Assembly: GCF_001194135.2 (NCBI RefSeq)
Contig: NC_069003.1
Location: forward strand, 3,932,430 to 3,989,391
Length of the DNA: 56,962 bases
Direction: 5' to 3'
From: Octopus bimaculoides
Taxonomy: Eukaryota
Below are positions 1 to 13,434 of the stretch, in pieces. The notes below the pieces were generated by a model. The model worked only from the letters and a program-made list of their open reading frames with translations, made no database searches and was not told where the DNA came from. Position numbers and translations under genes: made by a program. Position 1 is the stretch's first letter. Each line of letters opens with the position of its first letter.

Positions 1-15
1 AAGAGAGATAGATAT

Positions 16-38
16 ATGTATATCAATATATATATATA

Positions 39-86
<48 letters not shown>
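16..86. repeat. (TA)n microsatellite
   Basis: Direct: near-pure TA run. It explains the YIYIYI ORF at 16-198. Confidence 0.95.
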
Positions 87-87
<1 letters not shown>

Positions 88-409
88 GTAGAGATTAGAG
101 ATGCAATACTTTGGCGCATCATCGGTATATATCCTCATCCAGGTGAGTCATTCTACTGTGAACAAGTGCAGTCCTGTACCGAAGCATTATTTTACTGATA
201 GCCTCTGACGCTTATTTCTAAATCTGAATTTCCAGCATTGGCAAATATCATTTTATGAACATTTTGTATAGTGAATTTCAATATTGTTATCAAGACAATT
301 CCTACAGCGCCCACAAAGCAGTCAATGGTGAAGGTTATGCATCCTTATACAAAAGCTAGCAGTAAAATAAATTGCCTTCCCGGGTCGTATAATTACCTTC
401 GTGAGTCAT

Positions 410-637
410 ACAGACTCGCAAGAGACGGTTTCCTGGTTTCCATGGCGTTCATATTCCTCGACTGGGCGCGACGTCGGTCTGTCACAGGGTTCCTAAATTT
501 TGCCAGCTGATTGGACTGGAGCAACATGAAATAAATTGCTTTACTCAAGAACACAACGTGTCATCCTCTCCAGGAATGGAAACCACGACCTTACAATCGT
601 GAATTCAGCACCGTAGCCTCTAAGTCACGCGCCTACA
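410..637 (-). mobile_element. tRNA-derived SINE, family C
   Basis: The minus strand starts with a tRNA-like head (GGCGCGTGACTTAGAGG...GGTCGTGGTTTCCATTCC), followed by a core GTTGTGTTCTTGAGTAAAGCAATTTATTTCATGTTGCTCCAGTCCA that recurs at 36295-36340 (+) and 43815-43860 (-). Confidence 0.85.
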
Positions 638-906
638 AACGTTATGTGTGCATTCATATATTATCGCATTTGCAATAAACAATATTTGAAATGAACCCAA
701 TTCAATTGTTTATTCGTGGTATTTCATCAAACTCAGGTTATTTCTGATATAGAACAGATTCGAGGTAGTCAAAGCCAGCATTTTATAACTTAAATATGTG
801 TTAAGATCTGCTTTGTCGTTAAATTATGTAAATATTGGAACATTTGGAGTATTGCAAATGATATGTAAATAGCAACATCTACAATCTTGTTCGAGTCATG
901 AAAGTC

Positions 907-963
907 AATTCCCAACCAGTCCCTAAAAGTATGAATTCACAACCAGTCCCTAAAAGTATGAAT
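907..963. repeat. 27-bp tandem duplication AATTC(C/A)CAACCAGTCCCTAAAAGTATG x2
   Basis: Direct: units at 907-933 and 934-960 differ by one mismatch. Confidence 0.95.
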
Positions 964-975
964 ACGTTTTCATTG

Positions 976-1015
976 CTTGAACTTGCGGTTCATTCCATAC
1001 CGCCGCAAGTTCAAG
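976..1015. other. Perfect 13-bp inverted repeat with 14-nt loop
   Basis: CTTGAACTTGCGG (976-988) pairs with CCGCAAGTTCAAG (1003-1015). Confidence 0.9.
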
Positions 1016-1833
1016 AAAGTATGTACTCATACTACGAGGTATACTAATGGACTTAATACCTCACCCTGTTTAACACTACCATACATTACCACCGGTACCG
1101 TTAACAGTGTCCTCCACGCTGCATGCATTTACGCCATGTCTCCGGTTTGAAGACACATGCGCCCATAGATATCGAAATCTTTTTGCGCCAACAGATATCT
1201 GAAACGCAGGCAAGTATCGCAGGAACTGCCTCTCAATCTAAGTAAAACATAAAAGCATAATAAAATAGTTAAATAGCAATCACATTTTCGTTTTGATAGA
1301 AATGATATCCAGTCTGACTAAATAATATTATTTTTTGAAAATGAATTTATAAATCATAGAATTCCGGCTCCTGTACATGACAGGTTTGAAATATGTACAC
1401 AACATAACGAATTACCTGATTTTGCCATAACACAATTTGCAATATATAGATAGTATTATCAAATTTCAGAAGAAAAAAATATCATTTGGTTAATAAAATA
1501 GAATTTTAAGTAAAAGTTGAAGGATATAAAAATTGTGCTGTAAGGGGAAAAAATGTTCAAACAAGAAAAATTGTCTGTCCAAAAGTTTCTCTATTAATAG
1601 ATATATGAACCTCACGAGAGAAACGTGTAGTATATTAGAAATAAGAATTGGTTATATAATTAAGTTTAAGTGGAATTTATGATTATATGAAAAATGGTAG
1701 ATGCCTAGGTGTTAAGGTAAAAGTTAGTATAGGAATATATAACTTTCGAGTAATAAATTTTATGAATTTACCTGTAAGACGGAACACATAAACATGTAAA
1801 ATGTGTGTGTATGTATGTATGTATGTATGCATG

Positions 1834-1875
<42 letters not shown>

Positions 1876-2059
1876 CTCCGAATCACCGAACCTCGAGCTT
1901 AACTATAGTCTGTCCATAGCACTTACCATAACCTGACACCTATGGGTCTTACTGACACCATTNNNNNNNNNNNNNNNNNNNNNNNNNNNNNNNNNNNNNN
2001 NNNNNNNNNNNNNNNNNNNNNNNNNNNNNNNNNNNNNNNNNNNNNNNNNNNNNNNNNNN

Positions 2060-2094
<35 letters not shown>

Positions 2095-2918
2095 GACAAA
2101 GCACCATGAAACGAAGTTGCAAGAGCCACGTAGGTAAACTAATGAAATCACAGTGTCACTCTAATTAAATGGTTTTACGGGGAAAAACCAAAAAATAATA
2201 AATAAATAATAAAACCCTGAAAATTTGACCACTTTGAAACGGTAGGGTTGACATAAGCGTAATAACGATCCCGAAGAGATCATAGTTTGTAAGCAAGGTT
2301 AAAAATTGGAAGGAGACACCCTGTTCGATTTCTGTAAGCGGAGCTATAATGGTGTATGCATTTGACCGGGGGCCTCATTTAAACTTATGTTCCAACTGAA
2401 ATCTTGATTCTATATTCGAACATGAATTCTACACCTCAAAAGCGAACGGCGACGACAGTTAAGGCGGTGGAGCTACAATGGGGTTGTCATTCGTTAATTT
2501 ATAGATTCTGTATCATTGATACACTGAAGCGGATCTCCTCTGTAAGTTGAGAGTATTTCCACCGACACCCTCAGATCAATTGTTCGGCTTCACCGTGGAT
2601 AGATTTTAAAAGTACTAGAAAGAGCAATCCATGAATTTGTCCTATGAGTGTTTCCACTAATTTACTTAGAGCGAAATTTCTAGAGATCATATTAAACATG
2701 AAGTGAAGGAACTGTTACCCGTATAGGATGACGAAATTGAAATGTCATCTGTCCTAAACCCATTTTTAAGTACAAAATTGTGATTAATTTGAAGCCATAA
2801 AATACTCAACAATGATTTCAAAACCCATTATTTTGAGATTTAACTCTTTGAAATTACAATTCAAATATTATGAAATGCTGTTCAGATGAAGATTCAATTA
2901 GTCAAATGTCTATCATAA

Positions 2919-3092
2919 TTTCATGTCTGCTTTCCGTGCTGGCATGAGTTGGACAGTCTGACAGAACCTGAAAAAGTTGGAGGCCCACTTAATGCTCCAA
3001 TGTCTTGGTTTGACGGTTTCTACTGCTGGATACTCTTCCTAATGCCAACCTCTTTACACTGTATTGATTGCTTGACTTCACGATACCAGCAC
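2919..3092 (+). mobile_element. Probable degenerate dispersed repeat
   Basis: Motifs TTTCCGTGCTGGCATGAGTTGGAC and GGTTTCTACTGCTGGATACTCTTCCTAATGCCAACC resemble an abundant repeat I recall from octopus sequence. There is no second copy in the window to confirm it. Confidence 0.45.
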
Positions 3093-3724
3093 TAAACAGG
3101 TTCTCCTCTCGATTCCGTATTGCCTCTACTTGATTCGGAAACCCCCTTCTCTGCTATAATCAGAGAGCCTACTGGGAGGTACAAGAAGGATATTGAATAA
3201 CAGAAATAGTAGGACACTCAACATAAAAGATTTCTAAACAAAATAGTCTTTTGTGAATAGCTAAGGCATATGAGAAATTGATATCGAGGCGAAGCAGAAG
3301 ACCGAGAGTAAGCTCCCTTGTATAACTCTTCTAATTACAATGTCTGTACTGCAACTGCTGGAAAAATTCTATAGTAATTCATATCTTCTGTCGATACAGT
3401 TACGCACGCAACATATTGAAGCATGTCATCTTAAGGCGAGCTAAAGGTGCTTAGACGGCTTTAAGTATCACCTGGCATTTGGTTATTGTGATACATCTCC
3501 TGGAATCGGAGATAATTTCAATAAATAAGTAACTGTATGGTATTTAATATACACGTACTATATACATAAAATATATATATAATATATATGCATGTGTGTG
3601 TGTCTATATGTGTGTGTATGTATGTATGCATGCATCTGTGTATATACATATATATGTGTGTGTATGCACATGAATAAATTAATTTATCTCGCTGTTTATC
3701 TATCTATCTCTCCCTATATACATA

Positions 3725-3764
<40 letters not shown>

Positions 3765-3884
3765 GTCACACATAAATACATACAGATACACAAACGTGCA
3801 CACACACATACACACACACACACACAGACAGATACACACACAAGCACATATTGTTATACATATATAATAATAAAGAGAGAGGAG

Positions 3885-3922
<38 letters not shown>

Positions 3923-4827
3923 AATTGATAAAAATAGAAAGGGAAACCATATACTCTATAAGATACAGCATTAAATTTCAACGTATTTAAAGGCATATTA
4001 CATCTCAGTTATCTTCTGAAGAACCATTCTATCTGGTAGAGTTTATAAATAGATTAAAAGAGAACATGCAGATTTTAATATCTGGCTTGCTTCTACAAGA
4101 TTGTCTCAAATTAAAAATAAGATATGCACATCTAAAAATATGATTAGTTACTGCAATGTTGCGTCAAATTAATCTGCACGTATGAAAGCTATAATTAATT
4201 ATTGAATACAATTTGAAATATGTCAGGTTTGCGGAATTACAGGAAGAAAAGAAAACACAATCGCTAAACGTGAGATATCATTTTAAAAGAAGTGATATAA
4301 AAGTAAATTGGATTGGAAGCATGTATTTGACGAGGGAAAAGATTATGGAGTATCATAAATTGAAAATAAAGTGAAATAGATATATAAGATTTAGAATGTG
4401 TTTATTAATTCGTTTATGAATTTATCTCATAACCATTGTGTTATGTCAGAAATAACAAGACGTATATTGACAGGATGTCAGCAAATAATTATTGCTAATT
4501 ACAATGCAAGTAGCTAAGTCAGTAATCAAATATCAGAGCTTCTAGGTCACTATTTATGAGTGAACGAATATTTGATCAACATAAATTAGAGACATTTGAA
4601 TATATTTGACATTGTTGATCATAAAATCTGCTCTGCAGACACAATGTACGGCTTTCACTCACATTGAACGACAGCTTGTTCAAAGTGCTTCTAGTATACC
4701 GTGGGAATGTGTGTGTGGCTGTGTGTGTGTGTGTATTTGTGTGTGTGTCGTATGCAGTTCATCAAGTAATACAGTAGTTGATCAGTTAAAGAAAATGCAT
4801 TACTATCAATTAGTAACCGGAGAGTTC

Positions 4828-5030
4828 TTGGGAGAGGTCTCTAACATTTCGAGCCTTTACTCTTCTTCGGAAAGGTTAGATGTGTAGAGAGAAAGATAAG
4901 GAGAAAAGAATCAGAGCGTCTCAGGATATTTGGGAGAGGTCTTTAACATTTCGAGAGTGTGCTCTTCAGCGGAGAGGTTAGATGTGTAGGGTGAAAAATA
5001 AGAAATAAAAAAAAACAGCGTATCTCAGAC
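4828..5030 (-). mobile_element. Two tandem ~102-bp Penelope-like terminal-repeat units with degenerate hammerhead motifs
   Basis: TTGGGAGAGGTCT(C/T)TAACATTTCGAG...GGTTAGATGTGTAG repeats at 4828 and 4930. The minus strand reads ..GAAGAG-loop-CTCGAAATGTTA, related to 55261-55288. Confidence 0.65.
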
Positions 5031-6084
5031 GCCCAACGCATACCATCACATCCACTTTTTAGACTCACGATATACATACATATACACACGCTGGCGTGGC
5101 GTTTTGTACTTTCGCAAAACAATACATTTTACGTAGCTCCAGTTCTCTCAGTTGTAACTGGGTAAATCTGTGACCGATATGCCTTCCGATCGGATGGTGG
5201 TGCGGTGAGGTTGTAAGAAATGACGGCCTGCTCGCCTAATTAAAACGGTGCAAAGTACAATGTGACCAGCGATGTATAACCCCATACAATAGTCTCTTCT
5301 CGATAACGTCATCCTATGATTTATGTGTGTGAGTGAGAGAGAGAGAGAAAGAGAGAGCTCTGTTGACATACATTCTTGTATTTGCTCATGAAAATGCTTC
5401 TGTAAAAATCACCCAGGGAGATATGCAATGGGGTCGAGCTATCAAACCAGTTACGGATTGATTACAAAGAAAATTCGCTCACCAAGAAGCCATGTTTTTA
5501 TCTACCCACACGATATCACTTAAGAAATGTTCATACAACATTCGATTTAAAACTATTGGCAAAGCGATAGATAAAATATTCATTGCTTACCAATAAATAA
5601 ATAAATAAATACGTAAAGTACCTCTTCAGAAACATTGAGGCGTTATTGGATTAAATTTTATTGGTGAAATAACTGAACATTTCGATTCTAACAACAGTAA
5701 AATTGCCCCTTCAAGAAATGTGTCAATTTTGCTAAGATCAAAGCGTACTGGTAGCATTATAAAGGAGAGCACTTCTTAGAACTGTAGTTTTATTGGTTAT
5801 CCTTTTTTTCATTTAGGTGTATTGCTTTAATCGATGTTTGATGTTACTGAAATCGTTTTGGTAAAATTAAAATTATGAACACAACATTCTATATCAATCC
5901 AATACGTGCTGTACTGACCTATATATAAGAATGTTACTTGCCATGTTCGAAATAAAGATTTATACAGTTTCATTGAGCCGCATAAACCGATAATCGTGCA
6001 TCCACTTGAAGATTACAACAACAACATCAACGATAATTCAAACTCAAACCACAACAAGAATAAAAGTCTTTTGTACTATAACCA

Positions 6085-6278
6085 CGAGCCCTGGAATTTT
6101 GTTGGAGGGGACGAGTCAATTGCATCGACTCCAGTGTGCAACTGGTACTTTTTATTCATCGACACAGAAAATATGAAAAGCAAAGTCAACCTCGGCGGAA
6201 TTGGACCACAGGGCGCAAGGACGGACCAAATGCCGCTAAGCATTTTGATCAGCATGCTAACCATTCTTCTAGCTCACC
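6085..6278 (-). mobile_element. tRNA-derived SINE, family B (degenerate)
   Basis: CTGGTACTTTTTATTCATCGAC..GCAAAGTCAACCTCGGCGGAATT..AAATGCCGCTAAGCATTTTG is the reverse complement of the 25154-25313 copy. Confidence 0.85.
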
Positions 6279-6279
6279 A

Positions 6280-6730
6280 TCCTGTTGATGATGATGATGA
6301 TGATGATGAAGAAGATGAGGAGGAGTAGGACGAGGAGAATTGGTGGTGATGATGGTCTTGATGTTGCGGTGCTGGAGACGATTATCGTGATTGTGGAGCT
6401 ATGAAAGAAATTTCGTGGTGTTAAATTTTGGAGATGACGAAAAAGATAACGAAGATGATGATGATGGGAAATAATAATCAAGATGTACATGATCATGGTG
6501 GAAGTGTGATGACGGTGATGGTGATGTTTTCGTAGGTGGTGGTCGTGTTGACTACCAGAAAGAATGAAACGTCGGTAATGGCGGCAATCGCGCAAAGTGG
6601 TGATGATAATGATGAAGGGGTGAGGGTGCAGCCGGTGGGGTTGATCATGCCACTGCTGTTGATGACCATGATGATCATGGTGATGATAATCATCATCATC
6701 ATTATCATCATCATAATTCATCATCATTAT
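6280..6730. repeat. Degenerate (GAT/GGT/CAT)n trinucleotide low-complexity tract
   Basis: Direct: imperfect GAT/GAG/GGT/ATC arrays. Source of the poly-D/H/M/I ORFs. Confidence 0.9.
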
Positions 6731-6804
6731 GAAAACTTAACTTGATACGAATTGAGAATGTGAAACAATTAGATAGACAGATCGAAAACCAATGAGTGAT
6801 ACGA

Positions 6805-6841
<37 letters not shown>

Positions 6842-7163
6842 AGAGAGACAACAGAGAGACAGACAAAGAGAGAGAGGGGGAGACGGAGACAATGAAGGAG
6901 ATACAGCAAGAAAATCAATCAGAAGACAAAAATGGAGAAGGAAGTGAATGGTCCTACATTCATAAACAGATATAGACGTGTGTGTGCGTGTATCTGCGTG
7001 TGTGCGCATGTGTGTGCGGGTGTGTGTGACGAAGTATACGCACATATTTGTGTAAATATATATGATATATAAGTAGTTATATGTATGTATACTGGCACAC
7101 CCATTCACATAGATATATTCATACGTTTATATTGTAGAACGAGTGTATATGGATATGTATACG

Positions 7164-7201
<38 letters not shown>

Positions 7202-7352
7202 NNNNNNNNNNNNNNNNNNNNNNNNNNNNNNNNNNNNNNNNNNNNNNNNNNNNNNNNNNNNNNNNNNNNNNNNNNNNNNNNNNNNNNNNNNNNNNNNNNN
7301 NNNNNNNNNNNNNNNNNNNNNNNNNNNNNNNNNNNNNNNNNNNNNNNNNNNN

Positions 7353-7420
<68 letters not shown>

Positions 7421-7882
7421 TGTCACTGTTCATGTATATGTATGTGATGCAGTGAATGCTCGTACGTGAATGTGCGATATTATAGGGGTCTGCTAATCCC
7501 CTTTATCTTAAAAATACACGAACGCACAATATTCCGTATTACAGAGGAGTAATTTCCACTCCCGTGTGTTTTCTCGCTATGTGTGTTTGCGTATCTTTGA
7601 TGCATTGTGCGTGCATCTGTTATGCATATTGGCTCGATCGCACGCGCACTGAAATGCATTCGTAATCATCAATGGATTTATCTTCATTAATCCATGCTTA
7701 TGAATATACATACGTGCATATATTTACATATATATATTCGCACCAATACTTCTTATGTACCCGCACAGAAACACGCAAATAAACGCATACACATGCACAC
7801 ACATGTATATATCTATTTATCGATGTATGTATGTATGTATTATGTATATGTATATATATATATATATATATANNNNNNNNNN

Positions 7883-7924
<42 letters not shown>

Positions 7925-8127
7925 AGTTACATAGATAGATATATAGATATATATGTATGTATGTACGTATGTATATGTGTGTGTATGTGCGTGCATGTGT
8001 GTATGAACGGGTGTGTATTTATTTGTTCATGCATTTGTGTCCTTGTGAATTTGTACGAGAGAGGCAGAAAGACACGCAGATATATATTACATATGTATAT
8101 ATGTATCTCTCTCTCCCTCTCCCTCTC

Positions 8128-8174
<47 letters not shown>

Positions 8175-8787
8175 GCACATACATAACTATGTATATGGAG
8201 AGAGAGACAGAGAGGGAGACAGAGAGCTTTTAGGTGTTTGCATGTGTATGAATCTGTATATCAGTCGATGTGCCTGCGTTCCGTTGTGTGTGCATGTGCG
8301 TCTCTACCGTGTGTATATGTGTCTGCGTGCGTGTATGTGTGTGTATCTTAGTGTGTGTGTTTGGGTGTGCAGGCTTGTGTGTGCATCTGTGTGTCTGTCT
8401 ATCTTCAGAAAATTCATCTCATCTCAGCAAATCTCTCCAAACCAATTATCCAACGATATTTTAGGAATCATCGACGCATCTTGGGAATTGGTAAGAATTA
8501 TTGGATCAGTGTTCCAGTTGAGCGTTTTTATTCTATATTTCACTGCTAAATTGATTCTAAGCATTCACTGAGGCGGGTCTAGACTTGATGGACTTAGTTG
8601 AGGAATTTCAAATATCCCATCTTTCGATTCATCACTTATTGATTTAGAAAAACTCTTAGCAATAATATGAATGGCTAAAGTGGAAGATTTCGCGTTCGTC
8701 TCCATATTTAGGCGCAGTTATTGATTTAAAAAAAAAATTAATATTCCATCATATTTATTTAATTTTTCTCTTTTTATTTCTCTAGAA

Positions 8788-9071
8788 GGCGTAGGTATAG
8801 ATGTGTGTCTAAGAGGTTCGTTTCGCAATTATATGGTTTCTGCTTTCTGTCCCATTGTGCTGTAACTGGGGTGTCTGGCTTGCCGTATATATATATATTG
8901 TTGATGTGTTTATGTCCCAAAATGTTTGTGACTCGGCAAAAGAGATTGAGTAAGCTTAAAGAATTAAGCACTCTGGTCGATTCATTCGACTCATTACACT
9001 TCGGGACTGTGCCCCAGCATGGCCGCAATCAAATGTCTGAAACAAGTAAAAGGGTTAAAGAATAAAAGAAT
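8788..9071 (+). mobile_element. tRNA-derived SINE, family A (older, internally deleted copy)
   Basis: Degenerate head GGCGTAGGTATAGATGTGTG..CTGTCCCATTGTG, short TA tract, then tail CCCAGCATGGCCGCAATCAAATGTCTGAAACAAGTAAAAG matching 9494-9533. Confidence 0.75.
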
Positions 9072-9084
9072 GCTGTAGAGTATA

Positions 9085-9244
9085 GGCGCAGGCGTAGCTG
9101 TGTGGTAAGTAGCTTGCTTACCAACCACATGGTTCTGGGTTCAGTCCCACTGTTTGACACCTTGGGTGAATGTCTTCAGGCCGACCAAAGCCTTGTGAGT
9201 GGATTTGGTAAACGGAAACTGAAAGAAAACTGACGTATATATGT

Positions 9245-9283
<39 letters not shown>

Positions 9284-9550
9284 AGAGTGTGTGTGGGTGT
9301 GTGGGTGGGTGGGTTTGAGTGTGTGTGTGTGTGTGTGTATGTGTGTATGTTTGTCCACCTACCATCGCTTGACAAACGATGCTGGTGTGTCTAGGTCCCC
9401 TTAACCTAGCGGTCCGGCAAAAGAAAACGATAGAAGTACTAGGTTCAAAAAGAATAAGTCCTAGCGTCCATTTTATCGACTAAAGGTGGTGCACCAGTAT
9501 GGCCGCAGTCAAATGACTGAAACAAGTAAAAGCATAAAAGCAAAGAAAAG
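9085..9550 (+). mobile_element. tRNA-derived SINE, family A (near full length, internal TG microsatellite)
   Basis: A-box-like TAGCTGTGTGGT, B-box-like GGTTCAGTCCC (9138-9148), core GGCCGACCAAAGCCTTGTGAGTGGATTTGGT, (TG)n at about 9236-9350, and tail ATGGCCGCAGTCAAATGACTGAAACAAGTAAAAG. Homologous to copies at 19.9, 23.0, 44.4, 47.5 and 53.4 kb. Confidence 0.92.
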
Positions 9551-11389
9551 TACAGTTTCCCAAAGAGACTTTATTGGGTTTTTTTTTTCACTTAATTGTA
9601 TCGGAAAGTCACATCGACGTTCCTTCATTGATTTTTCTTTTATAATTGATGACTAATTGAGGAAATCCATAATGCAGCTTCAGAACATGAAGCAAGTATT
9701 ATCCCCTGTGGTGCTAATAAGTCTAATATATGATTAATTGGTAGAAACCTCAGACGAATAATAGCAACAAACCGGCCCTATATATACAATTTAATAACCA
9801 TGGAAGTATTCGTTTAAAAGCAATTACGTATTTTATGACAGACGGCCATGATCCATAAGAGAATCAAGTTTAATGAGTCATGTCTTCCTGCTAAAGTCCA
9901 CATTAGATTTAAAAGCTATAAAAATGTATTATACATTATTTTAAAAAATTAATCAATATTAATTAAATATTATTAAGCAGAAAATCGATATTTACCGTTC
10001 ATTGACCCTGAAAAATTCATGTTACGTATAAATATTTGTTTAGTATGATTTAAAAAAAAACTTGGCGCAAAATGTCATTATTAGACCTCGAAAATTTGTC
10101 CCCCGTTGTAGGGTGTATTACTGATAGTTATATTTCCTCAACCTCAAATTTATGACACACAACAAGCAGTCGCCATTAGAATAAAAAAATATTCAGGTTA
10201 TAAAAAGAACTAACGCATCACATCATATTTTTAAGCAAAACCCTAAACGTGGAATCACGTTTGATAATGGAAGCAGTTTGTATCGGCTTTCTTTTTCTAA
10301 CGGATTTTTTCTCAGTACATCTCATTAATCTCAACAGTGAACTGCGAATAATTTTGGCTTCCCTGTCAGGGTTGTTGAACGTTTGACCCACCAACAATAC
10401 TTATCCTGTTGCTGGCGTTGGATTTTTGATGCGTCGTTAATATTTTGAGTCGGAGAAGCACACACGGTTGAGGTTTCGGTAAGTAAAGGAATGGCTAACA
10501 TCATTTAAATCTATTCTTTCGTGTTCTTTAATTCAGATCAATGCAACGTGTCAGTTGTCAGGATATTTAACTTTTAATGACACGATTGAGTTTGTTACGA
10601 TGTAATTAGTCAAATGTCTGATCTAATATCTGTAGAGGAGAAGGAGGAGAGAAATGAAGATGAAACTGTATAGAAGAGCAAGAGCACGACAAAATTAAAC
10701 AACCACCACCATCACCAGCATGACAACGACACCAACTTGAACGAGAAAAAGAAGTAGAAGACAAATCTGAATGAAACGAGAGAAAACAGTGTGAAATAAT
10801 TATTGATATTTGAATTGAGCACATGGGAATATGCCAAAGGAATTGAAGTTGGGCAAGAAATAGAAGTGTTGGTCTCGACCGGAAAAAACAAAGATGGGAA
10901 AATTCCTTCCACAAATAACCATCAACTATCTTCTCTGTATAACTCACCAACTACCTCTCACACATATTTCATTTGTCTTCAAACTTCTATCCGTCGATTT
11001 TCTCCTCTTCGTGATTAATTAACTGTTTCTTGTAAAACACCCGTTTTACAAGAGTTGATGTAATTTTTTTGACTGATTAGTCCTAGCACAGCTTTTATCG
11101 ACCAGACATGTGATCAAGTGTTTGCAAGACTTTGATAAACTCATCGACTGCAACCTGAACTAAAATTGTTCAAAAAGTCCCAGATTTCTCAACAGGGCAC
11201 AGTTTAGTTTAAGGGTTGATGGGTTGCTATACGTAGTAGTTCAAGACCTGAAGTAGCGGGTCGTTTCTGTTGACGTACGTAATAACGATTACATTATCGA
11301 ATGGGCCCTTGCTTTTTGAAGACGGTATAACGACATACAAACTGTTCAACATATATATGCATACGAAGCACCACTCCTGAGAACATCAA

Positions 11390-11600
11390 CACGAGCTATA
11401 CCACCACCAACAACGGCAAAGCAAACGACAAAACTAGGACATGACAATACTGCCATTGTAAACGGCAAGAAAACATCAACAGCGGCAACACGAACAACGC
11501 TGTGACGGTATAAACAAAAACAACAAAACAGCAGTAATACAAACAATAATAAACAGCAAAAGCAGTAACAAGAGCAGCAGCAACAACAACAATGCAAGCA
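11390..11600. repeat. (ACA/CAG)n low-complexity tract
   Basis: Direct. Confidence 0.85.
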
Positions 11601-11775
11601 GCTAGAAGTCTGGCAAATATATGTGAAATGCAAAAATGTCTTCTCAGACAAGAGTAACAATTCAGTAAATTCCAATATCGAATCTAACCTAGAAATTGAA
11701 GAAAATGTAATTATATTGTTGCTGCAGAAATATCACCGAATATATATATATATATACACACATAGGAATGTATGT

Positions 11776-11820
<45 letters not shown>

Positions 11821-12139
11821 AATGTATATATATATATATATATTTGTATATATACATATGTGTGTGTGTGTGTTTATATTTGTATATATATATATATATG
11901 AATTCACGCACACACATAGGCACGTACGTACGCACGCACACACAGACACACACATATATGTTTATGTATTATGTACTTATATATACCTATATTTGTGTGT
12001 ATATGTATGTATGTGCATATATGTATGTCCGTGTGTGAGTGTGTGTATGTATGAGCGTGCGTGTATGTGTGCGTGCTCTGTGTTGTCTTTTCTATTATTG
12101 TATGCTAATCAATTATACGAGAACATATAGAACAGAATT

Positions 12140-12410
12140 GACGACGATGACGACGATGAGGATGATGAGGATGACCATGTTGATGACAACGACAGCGATG
12201 ATGACGATGATGATAATTGCGACGACTTCGAGGACACTGACAACGAAGACGGCACTCTTGGTTGTAAAGTTATATTATGGTGATGCAGGTAACGAGATGA
12301 TGATGATGACGATGATGATGATGAGGAGGATGAGGATGAGGATGATGGCGATGATGATAGAGATGAGAATGAAGAATCAGTAAAACTAATAATGACAATT
12401 ATAATTATAA
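12140..12410. repeat. (GAT/GAC)n low-complexity tract
   Basis: Direct. Gives the poly-M/T ORF 12039-12383. Confidence 0.88.
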
Positions 12411-13301
12411 AATGTCCGATTATAATTGCTATAATTAGGATATTGAAAAACGAAAATTATAACAATGTGGGCGCTAATTTTTGTCGCCATAAAACTGACG
12501 TAGCATTTTTTTAAATATCGATCGGCAATTTTGATCAGATATACATGAGAACGTCCATAAAAACAATGATATAGACATACAAATCCCAAACGCACAGATA
12601 AATATTCTTGGGTAGATTTATATGGGGTTGCGTGTATATATATATATATATATATATATATGTTTCTATGTGTGATAGATAGATAGATAAACTTAGTTCC
12701 ATGTACATAGCGAACAGTTTCAATACAGAAATCAATAAGGAATATGAAGTCTAAAATCTTTAAAGAAGAGGCTTCTTAACACTTGACGTCTCAAGCTCTA
12801 TTAGTCTCCAATGCACTGTCTGATCAGATCAGCTGGATGTAACGCCATTAATTGAACTTTCAAACTTCCTTACATCTTTTGTTAAATTGATAGCAAAGAA
12901 AAATTCCTTTAAGTAAATTATTGCTTTATCTATTATGCTTCCATATTTAGGGTCCACTTTATATAAGGTTCCATGTATGCGTGTATTTATAATGCGTATT
13001 CAATTAATAGAAGAAAAGAAAATGGAGGGTTGAGAATTAATGATTATTTTTTTAATGAATTGATTTTTACGTCTTAATGCGTGTGTATCCATCATTATCT
13101 TGAGAAATTAGGCTCCTCAAAACTAGAAATGAGAAAGCAGATTTGAAGACCACAGATCGAAGCCTTCACTGGAATTGTAAAAAAAATTGTAAAACTTTTC
13201 AAAAGTTTACCATTTATATATATATTTGTTTTATTCAAATTTAGAATCAGTGTTTTCTTGGATGCAATCATCCCTTTAATGGGTTAATATATCCTTTAGT
13301 T

Positions 13302-13434
<133 letters not shown>

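Noticed and set aside
9085-9160. tRNA gene (also at 25154, 43860-43930 and 570-637)
   Set aside because: Only A/B-box-like heads, each joined to a repeated SINE body; no complete cloverleaf can be drawn.
10370-10478. 109-nt exon candidate (CCCTGTCAG| ... CG|GTAAGT)
   Set aside because: Good splice-like sites but stops in all three frames. It could only be a non-coding exon, and there is no other support.
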